Positions 17,199-27,052 of a DNA stretch of 48,903 nt are shown piece after piece (the first letter of the stretch is position 1; each line of letters opens with the position of its first letter). Position numbers and translations under genes: made by a program. Source of the stretch: Patescibacteria group bacterium (GTDB lineage Bacteria; Patescibacteriota; Microgenomatia; UBA12405); contig JBBTXE010000001.1 in assembly GCA_038062455.1 (NCBI GenBank), forward strand, positions 7,468-56,370, given 5' to 3'. Below the pieces are notes generated by a model. That model was not told where the DNA came from, did not search any database, and was given only the letters and a program-made list of their open reading frames with translations.

Positions 17199-17570
17199 TT
17201 ATTTTACCTTTTTGGTCGTCTTTTTTTTAGCAGCTACTTTTCTGGTCGCTTTTTGTACTTCTCCCTTGCGTTGCCCGGTCGAAGCCGCAGGCGAAGTCGG
17301 GTCAAGGGGAGATGCCCCGAGCTTGCCGAGGGGAGAGGGGTTTAATCTCTTTGCCATCCTCGACTTTAATCTCGCCACTTTATTGCGATGATATATCCGC
17401 TTTTTCTGGGATTTATCCAAGACCGAAAAAACTTCTTTTAAACCGGCTTCACTCGGTTTAAGCAGATATTTTTTAACTTCCGATTTTACTTTATTCCTAA
17501 AAGAAACATTGACCTTTCTGTTTTTAACCGATTTTCGCCATGATTTTTTGGCTGATCTTGAAATTGGCAT
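17199..17570 (-). CDS. rpsT: 30S ribosomal protein S20 with repeat-derived extension
   Basis: MPISRSAKKSWRKS...LDKSQKKRIYHRNKVARLKSR. Confidence 0.93.
   Translation of the reverse strand: MPISRSAKKSWRKSVKNRKVNVSFRNKVKSEVKKYLLKPSEAGLKEVFSVLDKSQKKRIYHRNKVARLKSRMAKRLNPSPLGKLGASPLDPTSPAASTGQRKGEVQKATRKVAAKKKTTKKVK
17258..17343 (+). repeat. Composite repeat family copy in frame in rpsT
   Basis: ttctccctt...caaggggagatgcccc...ggggagaggggttt; same scaffold as the reverse complement of 48151-48205. Confidence 0.85.
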
Positions 17571-17623
17571 AAGAGGTATTTTAGCCTAATATATAAGTCT
17601 TTACAACAGTTATAATAGAAATA

Positions 17624-19237
17624 ATGTTTTCGCTTTCAAAAGTTAAATCCATTCTTTCCCGTCCCCAAAATTCAATCAGCTCAGCCTCGTTGATTTTGGC
17701 GGTTACTTTCGGTATCTCTGCCATTCTTGGATTTTTAAGGAGTCGTTTTCTCTATGCCCGTTTTTTTCAATGTTGTGTTTTGGACCTCGACGCCTACAAT
17801 GCCGCCTTCCGCCTCCCTGATTTAATTTTCAAACTCTTAGTTACCGGCGCTCTTTCAGCCTCCTTCATTCCCGTATTTTCCAGTTACCTCCATAAAAAAC
17901 CCAAAGAAGCCTATCGTTTGGCCTCCTCGGTTATCAACACTCTCTTTCTAATTTTATTAGTGGCCGCCATTATTATTCTCATCTTCACTCGCCCCCTCTC
18001 TGAACTTATTGCCAGAGGTTTCAATAATTACCAAATTGATCTCATGGTCAACATGACCCGGATTCTTTTAGTTGCCCAAATCTTTTTTCTTTTAAGCAAC
18101 TTCTTAACCGGCATTCTCCATGTCCGGCAGAATTTTTTAATTCCCTCCCTCGCCCCGATTGTCTACAACCTCTTTATTATTTTGAGTATATTTACTCTGG
18201 TTCCGGCCTTTGGCATCTATGGTCCGGTTTACGGCGCTGTTGTCGGTGCTTTTTTCCATTTGGCTATCCAAATTCCCTTAATCCGCCGTTTGGGTTTTAA
18301 CTATCAACTGACAGCCGATCGTCATCATCCGGGAGTCAGGGAAGTCTTCCGGCTGATGCTTCCCCGATCTCTGGCCCTGGGTCTTGGCGAAATTGAAAAC
18401 ACCGTTACTTTGTTTTTTGCCTCTACTCTAGCCGCTGGTTCCATTTCTCTTCTCAATCTCTCTCTCCAGCTTATGTACCTACCGAGCAGAATTTTTGGCA
18501 CTACTGTTGGTCAGGCCTCGCTCCCTATTTTGTCAAAAAATATTGCCCAAAACGAATTAGAGCTCTTTCGAAACACTGTCAAAAAGACTATTCTTCGAAG
18601 CCTTTATTTGGCCCTCCCGATCACTGCCTTAATTTTAGTTAATCGGGTAGGTATAGTCCGCTTAGCCTTTGGTGCCAAACAATTCCCTTGGTCGGCTACT
18701 CTTCTCACTGCCAAAACCCTGGCCTATCTTACCCCCGCCATCGCCAGTCAGGCCATTGTCCAAATTCTAATCCGTTCTTTTTATGCCCTTCACGACACCA
18801 AAACCCCTCTTAAAATTTCCGCCTTTTCCCTCTTTATTAATATCCTCACCAGCTATTTGTTCATCAATTTTACCGATTGGGGAATTTTGGGTTTGGCTGT
18901 CAGTGCCTCTTTAAGCAATCTTGTCCAGTGTTTCGGCCTCTTTTTTATTTTTATCCGTCGGGTTGACGGTACCGGCTGGGCTAACACTTTTTTCCGGCTG
19001 GCTCAGATTGCTCTGCTTTCCGTTGTTTCCGGTGTCGTCAGCTGGTTGTCTATTAAAACCCTCGATCTTTTTATTTTTGATACCGCCCACACTTTTTCCG
19101 TTGCTATTGTATTAGGCTTGGCTACTCTTACCGGTCTTTTTTCCTATATTTTCTTTTCTTGGACCTTTCAAATCAAAGAATTTTCCGAGTTTAGATCACT
19201 TTTCAATCGGATTTCTTCCATTTTCATCAGTCGATAG
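17624..19237 (+). CDS. murJ: Lipid II flippase MurJ (MviN)
   Basis: ILGFLR, DAYNAAFRLPD, GALSASFIPVF, RSFYALHDTKTP. Confidence 0.93.
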   Translation: MFSLSKVKSILSRPQNSISSASLILAVTFGISAILGFLRSRFLYARFFQCCVLDLDAYNAAFRLPDLIFKLLVTGALSASFIPVFSSYLHKKPKEAYRLASSVINTLFLILLVAAIIILIFTRPLSELIARGFNNYQIDLMVNMTRILLVAQIFFLLSNFLTGILHVRQNFLIPSLAPIVYNLFIILSIFTLVPAFGIYGPVYGAVVGAFFHLAIQIPLIRRLGFNYQLTADRHHPGVREVFRLMLPRSLALGLGEIENTVTLFFASTLAAGSISLLNLSLQLMYLPSRIFGTTVGQASLPILSKNIAQNELELFRNTVKKTILRSLYLALPITALILVNRVGIVRLAFGAKQFPWSATLLTAKTLAYLTPAIASQAIVQILIRSFYALHDTKTPLKISAFSLFINILTSYLFINFTDWGILGLAVSASLSNLVQCFGLFFIFIRRVDGTGWANTFFRLAQIALLSVVSGVVSWLSIKTLDLFIFDTAHTFSVAIVLGLATLTGLFSYIFFSWTFQIKEFSEFRSLFNRISSIFISR

Positions 19238-19258
19238 CTTATACTCTTTGTATAAACT

Positions 19259-19849
19259 ATGCCCAGGAGAAAAGAACTGTCCCTACTGCCCAATGAGGCC
19301 AACCAAAATACACCCTTGGCCCGTCTGATTCAATGGTCAACCACGGTTGGTCGTTACATTATTGTTTTTACCGAACTTATCGTCATTAGTGCTTTCCTTT
19401 CCCGTTTTTGGCTCGATCGGAAAAATTCAGATCTATCAGAAGTAGTTCGTCAACAAAAAGCAATTCTTAATAGTACCGCTGATTTCGAAGATGAATTTTC
19501 CCTTCTCCAATCCCGCCTCAAGTTTATTGACGCCTCTTTTAAAAACCAGTCGGATTATCCGAGTCTGATAAAAAGCCTTGTCAACACCGTTCCGAATGAT
19601 GTTTTCTTTCAGAGTTTTAATTTAGGCCAAGACGAGGCCAATCCCTCCAAGCTTACCTCCGTTGTCAGTCTTTATACCTATCAGGAAGATTCAATCGTCT
19701 CTTTCATTACCAATTTAATGCTCAATCCCGACATTGACAGTGTCGACGTCCGTCGGATTGAAAAAAAGGCCAAAGACAACAAATACTATGTTGATATTTC
19801 TTTAACCTTTAAAAAAAATGATATCCGGAAATCTCCAACTAAACTCTAG
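19259..19849 (+). CDS. PilN-like type IV pilus alignment protein
   Basis: LSLLP N-terminus, single TM, coiled coil, LVNTVPNDVFF. Confidence 0.65.
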   Translation: MPRRKELSLLPNEANQNTPLARLIQWSTTVGRYIIVFTELIVISAFLSRFWLDRKNSDLSEVVRQQKAILNSTADFEDEFSLLQSRLKFIDASFKNQSDYPSLIKSLVNTVPNDVFFQSFNLGQDEANPSKLTSVVSLYTYQEDSIVSFITNLMLNPDIDSVDVRRIEKKAKDNKYYVDISLTFKKNDIRKSPTKL

Positions 19850-20429
19850 ACTTACTCCACTTTTTGATTACATCAAAAAGCGGCAGGAAAACCGTAAACT
19901 TAGAAAGACTTTTGAACTGGCTGCCACTTTTATTCTCATTTCCTTTTTTCTCTTCTTTGCCATCAAACCGACGGCCTTAACCATTTCCGCCCTTATCGGG
20001 GATATCAAGTCAAAAGAACTTCTTTCCCGGGAGATGAGAAATAAAATAACTGAAGTTATTTCAGCCCAGGATCTTTTTTCCCAAGTTCAGGAAAGGTATT
20101 CCCTGGTTGATTCCTGTCTTCCCGCCCTTCCCCGTTTTTCTCAAGCCACCGTTCAACTCGATGGTCTTCTAACTCAAAATCAACTTGAAACCAATAAATT
20201 AGACTTTCTTATAAATGACGCCAAATATTTTTCCACCACTGTCAGCACCACCTCCTCTTTTACTTCCGGAATTAATCTGATTACCTCTTTTCTCAAAAAC
20301 CGCCGACTTCTGGAAATTCCCCGCGTCAGCTTTTCCGCCAATAAGGAATCTCTGTCAAATCGCCAGGTAACTTTTAATTTCCCTATTAATGTCTATTACT
20401 GGAAAAATCTAATCAATGAAAAAAAATAA
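19818..20429 (+). CDS. PilO-like protein
   Basis: TM ending FAIKP, coiled coil, LP motif, KNRRLLEI; follows the PilN-like gene. Confidence 0.65.
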   Translation: MISGNLQLNSRLTPLFDYIKKRQENRKLRKTFELAATFILISFFLFFAIKPTALTISALIGDIKSKELLSREMRNKITEVISAQDLFSQVQERYSLVDSCLPALPRFSQATVQLDGLLTQNQLETNKLDFLINDAKYFSTTVSTTSSFTSGINLITSFLKNRRLLEIPRVSFSANKESLSNRQVTFNFPINVYYWKNLINEKK

Positions 20430-20631
20430 ATTCTCCCGCTATTTTTTTATCTTGGCCCTAACCACTTTTTTGGCGATTTTTGTGTTAATTACTCAAAAAA
20501 GTTACGATAATTTAATGAAAGCCACCGCTGAGGCCAAAAAAAGTAACCTTATTCGTCCCATTGATCCCAACCTCGATCTTGAGGTATTAGACCTTATAGA
20601 AAAACGTCAAGAAATTTTACCCACCCCATGA
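20416..20631 (+). CDS. Small single-TM protein of the pil operon
   Basis: Overlaps both neighbours; TM plus IDPNLDLEVL. Confidence 0.6.
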   Translation: MKKNKFSRYFFILALTTFLAIFVLITQKSYDNLMKATAEAKKSNLIRPIDPNLDLEVLDLIEKRQEILPTP

Positions 20632-21899
20632 AAGAAAAACATATCCCCTCCATTGTCGGTCTCATTTTACTTTTAGCCATTCTTTTTCTTGGGGTAATGT
20701 TATCACTTAGACAAACCAATCTTTTTACCAAAGCTTCAGGTGATTGTTCCCCCCAGGGTGTTCAGATTACCAACCTGACTCATCAATCACTCGATCTTTC
20801 TTTCACCACCACCTCTTCCTGTTTGTCCATACTGGAAATAAACAACCGGCGTTTCCCTAATTTTCAGGAATCGTCTCTGACCCACTATTTCCGGGTTGAT
20901 AATTTAAAATCGAAAAGTGAATATCCGTATTCGATTTCTTCCGGTGGCCAAAACTATCAACTTACCGAATATAAGGTTAAAACTGCCACCAAACCAACGA
21001 TTGAAGCTTCGACTTCCAATTTAGCTTGGGGGAAAATCCTCAAAGCCAATCAGGACCCCAGTTCCAACACTATTTTATATCTGACCATCGGCGGCGCCCT
21101 ACCTCTTTCGGCTATTACCGACCAAAGCGGCCAATGGCACATTTCCCTGGCCAATAGCTTTACCGAAACCAAAGACTCTTGGTTTACTCCTTCTGCCAAT
21201 ACACCGGAAGAATTAATTATTTATTCCCCCGACGGTACCCTAACTCAAATCAGTCACACCACCTCCCAAAACGATCCTATCCCTGACATTATCATTGGCC
21301 AAAACTATCTCTCCGCCCCCTCTCCCCCCGGTTCGGGCTCACTGCGGGATAGTTCACCATCTTCTCCTTCAAGTATCAAATTGGAAATCAATAATCCCGC
21401 CGAATCCGAAAATATTTACACTCTTCGACCCGATATTTTTGGTGTCGGTCCGGCTAACTCCCAAATCCAAATCAAACTCGAATCCTCTCCGGTTTACCAA
21501 GATTCGGTTACCACTTCAATCGACGGCTCATGGAATTGGTCGCCCCCCCAAAATCTTACTCCCGGCACTCACACTCTTACGGTCAGTTACCAGGACGCCG
21601 CTGGTTTCATCAAAACACTAAAGCGTAGTTTTGTCGTCAATGCTGCCAGCGGCGGCAACTCACTCTCATTTTCAGCCACTCCTTCGGCTACTATTAAACC
21701 CTTTCCCACCACTCTTCCCACTCTCTCCCCCACTGATACCCCCGTTCCTACTTCTATTCCCACCATCCGTACCAGCAAACCGTCCACTAAATCAGGAGTT
21801 CCCGTCTCCGGTTCCTCTTTTCCGGGATTAATGCTGGTCCTTTCCTCTGTTATGGCTCTAAGCCTTTCCTTATACCTTAAGAAGAAGGATGAAAAATAA
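20628..21899 (+). CDS. Surface protein with Fn3/Ig-like domains and Pro/Ser/Thr-rich stalk
   Basis: N- and C-terminal TMs, VQITNLT, GSWNWSPPQNLTPGTHTLTV, PT repeats. Confidence 0.8.
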   Translation: MKEKHIPSIVGLILLLAILFLGVMLSLRQTNLFTKASGDCSPQGVQITNLTHQSLDLSFTTTSSCLSILEINNRRFPNFQESSLTHYFRVDNLKSKSEYPYSISSGGQNYQLTEYKVKTATKPTIEASTSNLAWGKILKANQDPSSNTILYLTIGGALPLSAITDQSGQWHISLANSFTETKDSWFTPSANTPEELIIYSPDGTLTQISHTTSQNDPIPDIIIGQNYLSAPSPPGSGSLRDSSPSSPSSIKLEINNPAESENIYTLRPDIFGVGPANSQIQIKLESSPVYQDSVTTSIDGSWNWSPPQNLTPGTHTLTVSYQDAAGFIKTLKRSFVVNAASGGNSLSFSATPSATIKPFPTTLPTLSPTDTPVPTSIPTIRTSKPSTKSGVPVSGSSFPGLMLVLSSVMALSLSLYLKKKDEK

Positions 21900-22260
21900 T
21901 CGTTACGCCATTTTTACCCTACTTTTTATATTTCTTTCTCTTGCCGGCGGCATCTATTTAATCAAACAAAATCAAAACAATCGCAATATTACAACTGATA
22001 ATCATATTGCCAGTAAACCAACCTCCACTTCTAAACCGACCAACACCCCGACACCCACTTTACCTGCTGTAGCTCCTGCCTCGCCGGCAGGCGGGTCAGC
22101 GACAACAGGCCCCCGCTCTACTGTTACCCCTTCTCCCATAGACGAAGGTCCCTCACCCACCCGGATTATTCTTCCCCTTGCCGGTCTTAAATTTCCCTCC
22201 CAAGCCCTGATTCTCTTAGGCGGTATCATCACTCTTTTGGGCTTTTTGGTATTATTATAG
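21889..22260 (+). CDS. Small Pro/Thr-rich membrane protein
   Basis: TM at both ends with a PT-rich linker. Confidence 0.7.
   Translation: MKNNRYAIFTLLFIFLSLAGGIYLIKQNQNNRNITTDNHIASKPTSTSKPTNTPTPTLPAVAPASPAGGSATTGPRSTVTPSPIDEGPSPTRIILPLAGLKFPSQALILLGGIITLLGFLVLL
22075..22093 (+). repeat. CCTGCC..GGCAGG mini-repeat (PASPAG), in frame
   Basis: cctgcctcgccggcaggcg, exact match to the minus strand of 3082-3100. Confidence 0.75.
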
Positions 22261-22262
22261 TT

Positions 22263-23168
22263 GTGTTAGTCCTTCTCGAAGCTCTTCGGCCCAGTCAGTG
22301 GATCAAAAACCTTAACTTGTTTGCCGCCGCCATTCTCAGTGGTAAATTTTTTGATCAGGCAATCTTTGTCCAAAGTAGTTTTGCCTTTGTCAGTTTTTGC
22401 CTGCTTTCTTCTTCTTCCTATCTTCTAAATGACCTCATCGATATCAAAAGGGACCGTCTCCATCCCAGTAAAAAAAATCGTCCTCTGGCCCGGGGCGATC
22501 TTTCTCCGACAACAGCTCTTTTGGCTATTTTCGTCTTATTAATTATTGGTTTATCTTTTGCCGCCTTAATTACTCCCGCCTTTTTCCTGATTGCTCTCAT
22601 TTTTATTTTCCTCCAGTATCTTTATTCCTTTGCTATCAAAAAAAAAGCCATTCTCGATATTATGGGCATCGCCTTTTTCTTTATTCTTCGGGCTTTTGCC
22701 GGTGAGGTCGCCACCGGCTACCATCTCCCGGTTTGGATAATGCTCACCGTCATCTTTCTGTCACTTTTCATTGCCAGCGGCAAACGCCGTAGCGAACTTA
22801 TCAATACCGGCAGGAGTACCCGTCAGGCCATGGCCGGCTACAGCAAGGCCCTTCTGAATTTTTATACCACTATGTTTGCCGTCTGTACTCTAATTTGTTA
22901 TGCCATGTTTACTTTTTTAGCCGAACCAGTCATTTTCGAAGGCCCTCTCCACCGCTTTCTATTACAAAATTTCCCCGACGCTTTAGGCAGAAAATGGTAC
23001 ATGGTTACCCTTTTACCGGTAATTTTTGGCGTTATGCGCTATGGCCAAATTATTTTTGAAATGCAGGAAGGGGAAAGACCGGAGCGGGTAATCACCAACG
23101 ACATCCCTCTCTTGTTTTCAGTTGTTGCTTGGGGTTTGATGATAATTGCCATTCTCTATGTCATCTAA
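22263..23168 (+). CDS. UbiA-family polyprenyl-phosphate phosphoribosyltransferase (DPPR synthase-like)
   Basis: LRPSQWIKN, YLLNDLIDIKRDRLHPSKKNRPLARG, GKRRSEL. Confidence 0.88.
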   Translation: MLVLLEALRPSQWIKNLNLFAAAILSGKFFDQAIFVQSSFAFVSFCLLSSSSYLLNDLIDIKRDRLHPSKKNRPLARGDLSPTTALLAIFVLLIIGLSFAALITPAFFLIALIFIFLQYLYSFAIKKKAILDIMGIAFFFILRAFAGEVATGYHLPVWIMLTVIFLSLFIASGKRRSELINTGRSTRQAMAGYSKALLNFYTTMFAVCTLICYAMFTFLAEPVIFEGPLHRFLLQNFPDALGRKWYMVTLLPVIFGVMRYGQIIFEMQEGERPERVITNDIPLLFSVVAWGLMIIAILYVI

Positions 23169-24669
23169 AGGGTGGCTAATTTTCATAATCGCTTTTTCTT
23201 TTCTCTCCCGTTTTGTCGGGTTAAGCTGGGGGCAGGGATATTTTTTTCATCCTGACGAAAACAATATGGCCACTGCCGTTTCCGGTCTTTCAATGGGGGA
23301 TCTAAACCCCCATTTTTTTGCCTATGGTCAATTCCCCTTGTATCTGGCCTTTTTTAGTCTTCTCCCATTTACCGGCGACCACCCTCCGCTTATTGCCTCC
23401 ACTCTAATTCTCCGTTTTTGGTCGGCCGTTTTCTCTCTCTTTTTTCTATTTTTTGCTTATAAAATCGGCAAAACACTTTTTAAAAAAAATAGTTCAACCT
23501 ATGTTTTTTTAATCCTCCTAATTTTTAGCCCTGGATTAATCCAACTGGCTCATTTTGGTACTACCGAAAGTATTCTTTGTTTGGTTTTTATGGCTAATCT
23601 TTATTACTCGCTAAGAATTTTTCATCACCCCCGTCTTGGTGATTTTCTTTTAGCCGCCCTTTTTACCGGTATCGGTTTAAGCAGTAAAATTACCGCTATT
23701 TTTTTTGTTGTCCCTATAATTCTAGCCGCCATCTTTACCAAATATAAAAATAAATTACACTTATTACTATTTACTATTTACTATTTACTATTTACTTTCC
23801 TATTTTTTATAGTTTTTTCACCTTATAATTGGATTGATTTTCCCGCCTTTCTGTCAACCCTAAAATATGAAACTGCTGTCGCTACCGGTGCTATTGAAGT
23901 TTTTTACACCCGTCAATTTCTTTTTACCACCCCCTATTTTTTTCAGTTAACCAAGATATTTCCTTACACTTCGGGAATTTTTGTTTTCCTCCTCTCTTTT
24001 TGCGGTCTCTTTTCCTTTATCAAAAAAATACCTAAAAACCAAAAAAACTGGCTTATTGTTCTTTTTTCTTCACTAATTTATTTCCTTTACTTTGGATCTG
24101 TTTTTGCCAAGTGGACCCGTTTTGCCGCCCCAATATTTTTTGTTTTTCCTTTGCTGTCCACTCTCTTTCTTGACCGTCTAAAATCTCTCCCCAAGGGTTT
24201 ACTTTTGTTTTTTTGTTGCCTTCCGGGTTTTGTCTTTTGGCTAAATTATCTCCGCCCTGATATCCGTCACCTCGCTGCCACCGACATCAATCGTCGCGCC
24301 CCCCCGGGGTCGTCGATTTTATCTGAAAGCGGCAATGTTACCCCTCTACCCTTGTCAGTCGATTTTCAAGTTACCGACTTTAATTTTTATGATCTTGACT
24401 TTAACGAGTCCAATCAAAATCGCCTTGATAACCTAATTTCTACCTCCGATTATATTTTAGTCCCCAGCCATCGGGTTTTCAAAAATCAAACCTCGCCCCT
24501 ATTTCCTCAAAGTGGCCGCTATTACCAAGAGCTCTTCGACGGTAATCTCGGATTTCGTCTTATAAAAAAGTATCAACCTTTTGATTTGTTTTTAAATCCC
24601 GAGTCTGCCGAAGAAACTTGGACAGTTTTCGACCGCCCCACCCTCCGACTTTATAAAAAACAAATCTAA
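23158..24669 (+). CDS. GT-C (PMT_2/ArnT-like) glycosyltransferase
   Basis: FHPDE loop, LNPHFFAYG, IQLAHF, C-terminal AEETWTVFDRP; multi-TM. Confidence 0.8.
   Translation: MSSKGWLIFIIAFSFLSRFVGLSWGQGYFFHPDENNMATAVSGLSMGDLNPHFFAYGQFPLYLAFFSLLPFTGDHPPLIASTLILRFWSAVFSLFFLFFAYKIGKTLFKKNSSTYVFLILLIFSPGLIQLAHFGTTESILCLVFMANLYYSLRIFHHPRLGDFLLAALFTGIGLSSKITAIFFVVPIILAAIFTKYKNKLHLLLFTIYYLLFTFLFFIVFSPYNWIDFPAFLSTLKYETAVATGAIEVFYTRQFLFTTPYFFQLTKIFPYTSGIFVFLLSFCGLFSFIKKIPKNQKNWLIVLFSSLIYFLYFGSVFAKWTRFAAPIFFVFPLLSTLFLDRLKSLPKGLLLFFCCLPGFVFWLNYLRPDIRHLAATDINRRAPPGSSILSESGNVTPLPLSVDFQVTDFNFYDLDFNESNQNRLDNLISTSDYILVPSHRVFKNQTSPLFPQSGRYYQELFDGNLGFRLIKKYQPFDLFLNPESAEETWTVFDRPTLRLYKKQI
23764..23796 (+). repeat. 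Heptamer tandem repeat (TTACTAT)x4.7 inside a GT-C gene
   Basis: Seen directly; encodes LLFTIYYLLFT. Confidence 0.85.
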
Positions 24670-24672
24670 TAA

Positions 24673-25293
24673 ATGAATCGCAAAATTAAAGATATTATTT
24701 ATCACTATCCCTTATTTTTCCCCCGCCTTTATGCTTTTCTTAGATTTCTAATTTTACCCATAGCCAAAATCGAACAATATATCCCAAAAGAGGGGAATAT
24801 TCTGGATATTGGTTGTGGTTACGGACTGACTTCATTCTATCTGGCTCTCAATTCATCAAAACGTTTTGTCTTGGGTCTGGAGTTAAACCAAAACCGGGTT
24901 ATTCTCGCCTCAAAAATAAATCATTTAAAAAATCTTCGTTTTCAAACTGCCAATCTCACCGGCAATATTAAAAAAACTTTTGATGTTATTTTAGCCGTTG
25001 ATCTTCTCCACCATTTATCAAAGTCAGACCAAATGAAGTTTTTTATTGATGCCTCAAAATTAACCAAATCCGGTAAACTCCTAATCATCAAGGATATTAA
25101 CAGGAAATTTGTTTTCGGCTATTTTTGGAATTTCGTTCACGATCTTCTCATCCCCCGCAGTTTTCAATTAAATTATTTAACTTCAGAGACCATAATCGGA
25201 ACGGCCAAAATCACCGGTTTTTCTCTTATGGAAACCCATCACTTAGATAACTTTTTTTATCCCCACATCCTCTATGTCTTTAAAAAACAATAA
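24673..25293 (+). CDS. Class I SAM-dependent methyltransferase
   Basis: ILDIGCGYG, FDVILAVDLLHHL. Confidence 0.9.
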   Translation: MNRKIKDIIYHYPLFFPRLYAFLRFLILPIAKIEQYIPKEGNILDIGCGYGLTSFYLALNSSKRFVLGLELNQNRVILASKINHLKNLRFQTANLTGNIKKTFDVILAVDLLHHLSKSDQMKFFIDASKLTKSGKLLIIKDINRKFVFGYFWNFVHDLLIPRSFQLNYLTSETIIGTAKITGFSLMETHHLDNFFYPHILYVFKKQ

Positions 25294-27052
25294 ATTTTTC
25301 CATCTATTGCCGTTATTTTTTATTTTTATTTTAGCTTTTTCATTAAGAACCTTTGATCTAAATTGGGACAGTGGCTACCATCTTCACCCGGACGAAAGAT
25401 TTTTAACTATGGTTATCTCTGCTATCAAACTTCCCCAAAACATTTTCCAATATTTTGATACCTCTTCTTCTCCCTTAAACCCATACAACTATCCTGATTA
25501 TCAGTTTTTTGTTTACGGGACTTTTCCGATATTTTTAGTTAAATTAATTTCTCATTTATTTATCGCCGATACCTACGAAAGTGTTTATCTCTTTGGTCGT
25601 GTCTTATCAGCCCTTTTTGATTCTGTCAATATTTTTGTTTTATATTTTTTATCAAAATTAATTTTCCCAAACTCTTCCCGCCGCTTTTATTTACCCGGTA
25701 TTATTTATGCCCTGTCAGTATTACCCATTCAGTTATCTCATTTTTTTGCCGTCGACACTTTTCTTTGTACTCTGCTTTTACTCACTTTCCTTTTTCTGTC
25801 ACTTTGGTTATCTAAAAATGAATTTCTTTTTTTAAATCTGGCTGCCCTAACCTATGGTCTGGCCTTTGCCGCCAAAATGTCGGCTATCTTATTTTTCCCG
25901 ATAGTATTTTTGTTTTTTATTTATTACTTTTTTAAAATTAAAAAATCTTTAACACTTCTTTTTTACTCTCTTGTTTTTGCGGTCATAACCTTTACCGTTT
26001 TTCGGATTTTTCAGCCCTATGCTTTTGCTGGCCTTTTTCAAATCAATCCCAAATTTACCGCCAGTTTGACTCAATTAAACGGCATATTAAACAACCGCGA
26101 TCCCTATTACCCTCCGGAAATCCAATATCTTAGCAAAACCCCGATTCTTTATCCTCTGACCACCATCGTTGTTTGGGGTTTTGGCCTTCCCTTTAGTTTA
26201 GTCTTGTTTTACGGTTTAGGACTACTTTTATTTCGACTCCCTAGAAATTTAAAAAAGCTATTATTTCACCTTGACCTTTGCCAATTTCTAATCTTTGCTT
26301 CTGCTTTTTGGGTTATTTTTCTCATCTGTTTTCAGGGTCTGCAATTCACCAATACTGTTAGGTATTTTCTGCCGGTCTATCCGTTTTTGGCCCTATTGGT
26401 TGGATATCTGGTTTCTTCAAAATTTATTTCTAAAAAAATTATTATCTTTGCTTTAATTTTTCATTCTCTTTATACCCTGGCTTTCCTTAATATATATATT
26501 CGGCCCCACTCCAGAGTTGATGCCAGCCGCTGGATTTATAATAATATCCCTTCCGGTTCCCGTCTCGCCAACGAATATTGGGATGACCCTCTGCCTCTAG
26601 GAATTCCTGAATATCAAACTGTCCAATATCAAAACATTATGCTGCCACTTTATGATTCGGACACCCCTGAAAAATGGTTAAGTATTTCTACTACTCTGGC
26701 TCAAACAGACTATATTATCATGTCTTCAAATCGCCTTTGGGGTTCTATTCCTCCAGTTCCTTCCCGCTATCCTTTGACCTCCGTTTTTTATCAAAATCTT
26801 TTCGACGAAAAAATCGGCTTTTCCAAACTCGCCGAATTTTATTCCTACCCCGGATTTAGCCTTCCCTTATTAAAAAAATGCTATTACTTTGGCCCAAGTA
26901 ATTATCCATACAAAGAAAAAAGGAACACCTGGTTTTCGGTTGATAAAGATTGTCTGTATCCGGGTTTTTATTTTCGTGACGATACCGCCGAAGAAGCCTT
27001 TACTGTTTACGACCACCCTCAGGCATTAATCTACCAAAGGACCAATTTATGA
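25274..27052 (+). CDS. GT-C glycosyltransferase
   Basis: LHPDERF, IQLSHFFAVD, NEYWDDPLP, AEEAFTVYDHP; paralogous to 23158-24669. Confidence 0.8.
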   Translation: MSLKNNKFFHLLPLFFIFILAFSLRTFDLNWDSGYHLHPDERFLTMVISAIKLPQNIFQYFDTSSSPLNPYNYPDYQFFVYGTFPIFLVKLISHLFIADTYESVYLFGRVLSALFDSVNIFVLYFLSKLIFPNSSRRFYLPGIIYALSVLPIQLSHFFAVDTFLCTLLLLTFLFLSLWLSKNEFLFLNLAALTYGLAFAAKMSAILFFPIVFLFFIYYFFKIKKSLTLLFYSLVFAVITFTVFRIFQPYAFAGLFQINPKFTASLTQLNGILNNRDPYYPPEIQYLSKTPILYPLTTIVVWGFGLPFSLVLFYGLGLLLFRLPRNLKKLLFHLDLCQFLIFASAFWVIFLICFQGLQFTNTVRYFLPVYPFLALLVGYLVSSKFISKKIIIFALIFHSLYTLAFLNIYIRPHSRVDASRWIYNNIPSGSRLANEYWDDPLPLGIPEYQTVQYQNIMLPLYDSDTPEKWLSISTTLAQTDYIIMSSNRLWGSIPPVPSRYPLTSVFYQNLFDEKIGFSKLAEFYSYPGFSLPLLKKCYYFGPSNYPYKEKRNTWFSVDKDCLYPGFYFRDDTAEEAFTVYDHPQALIYQRTNL

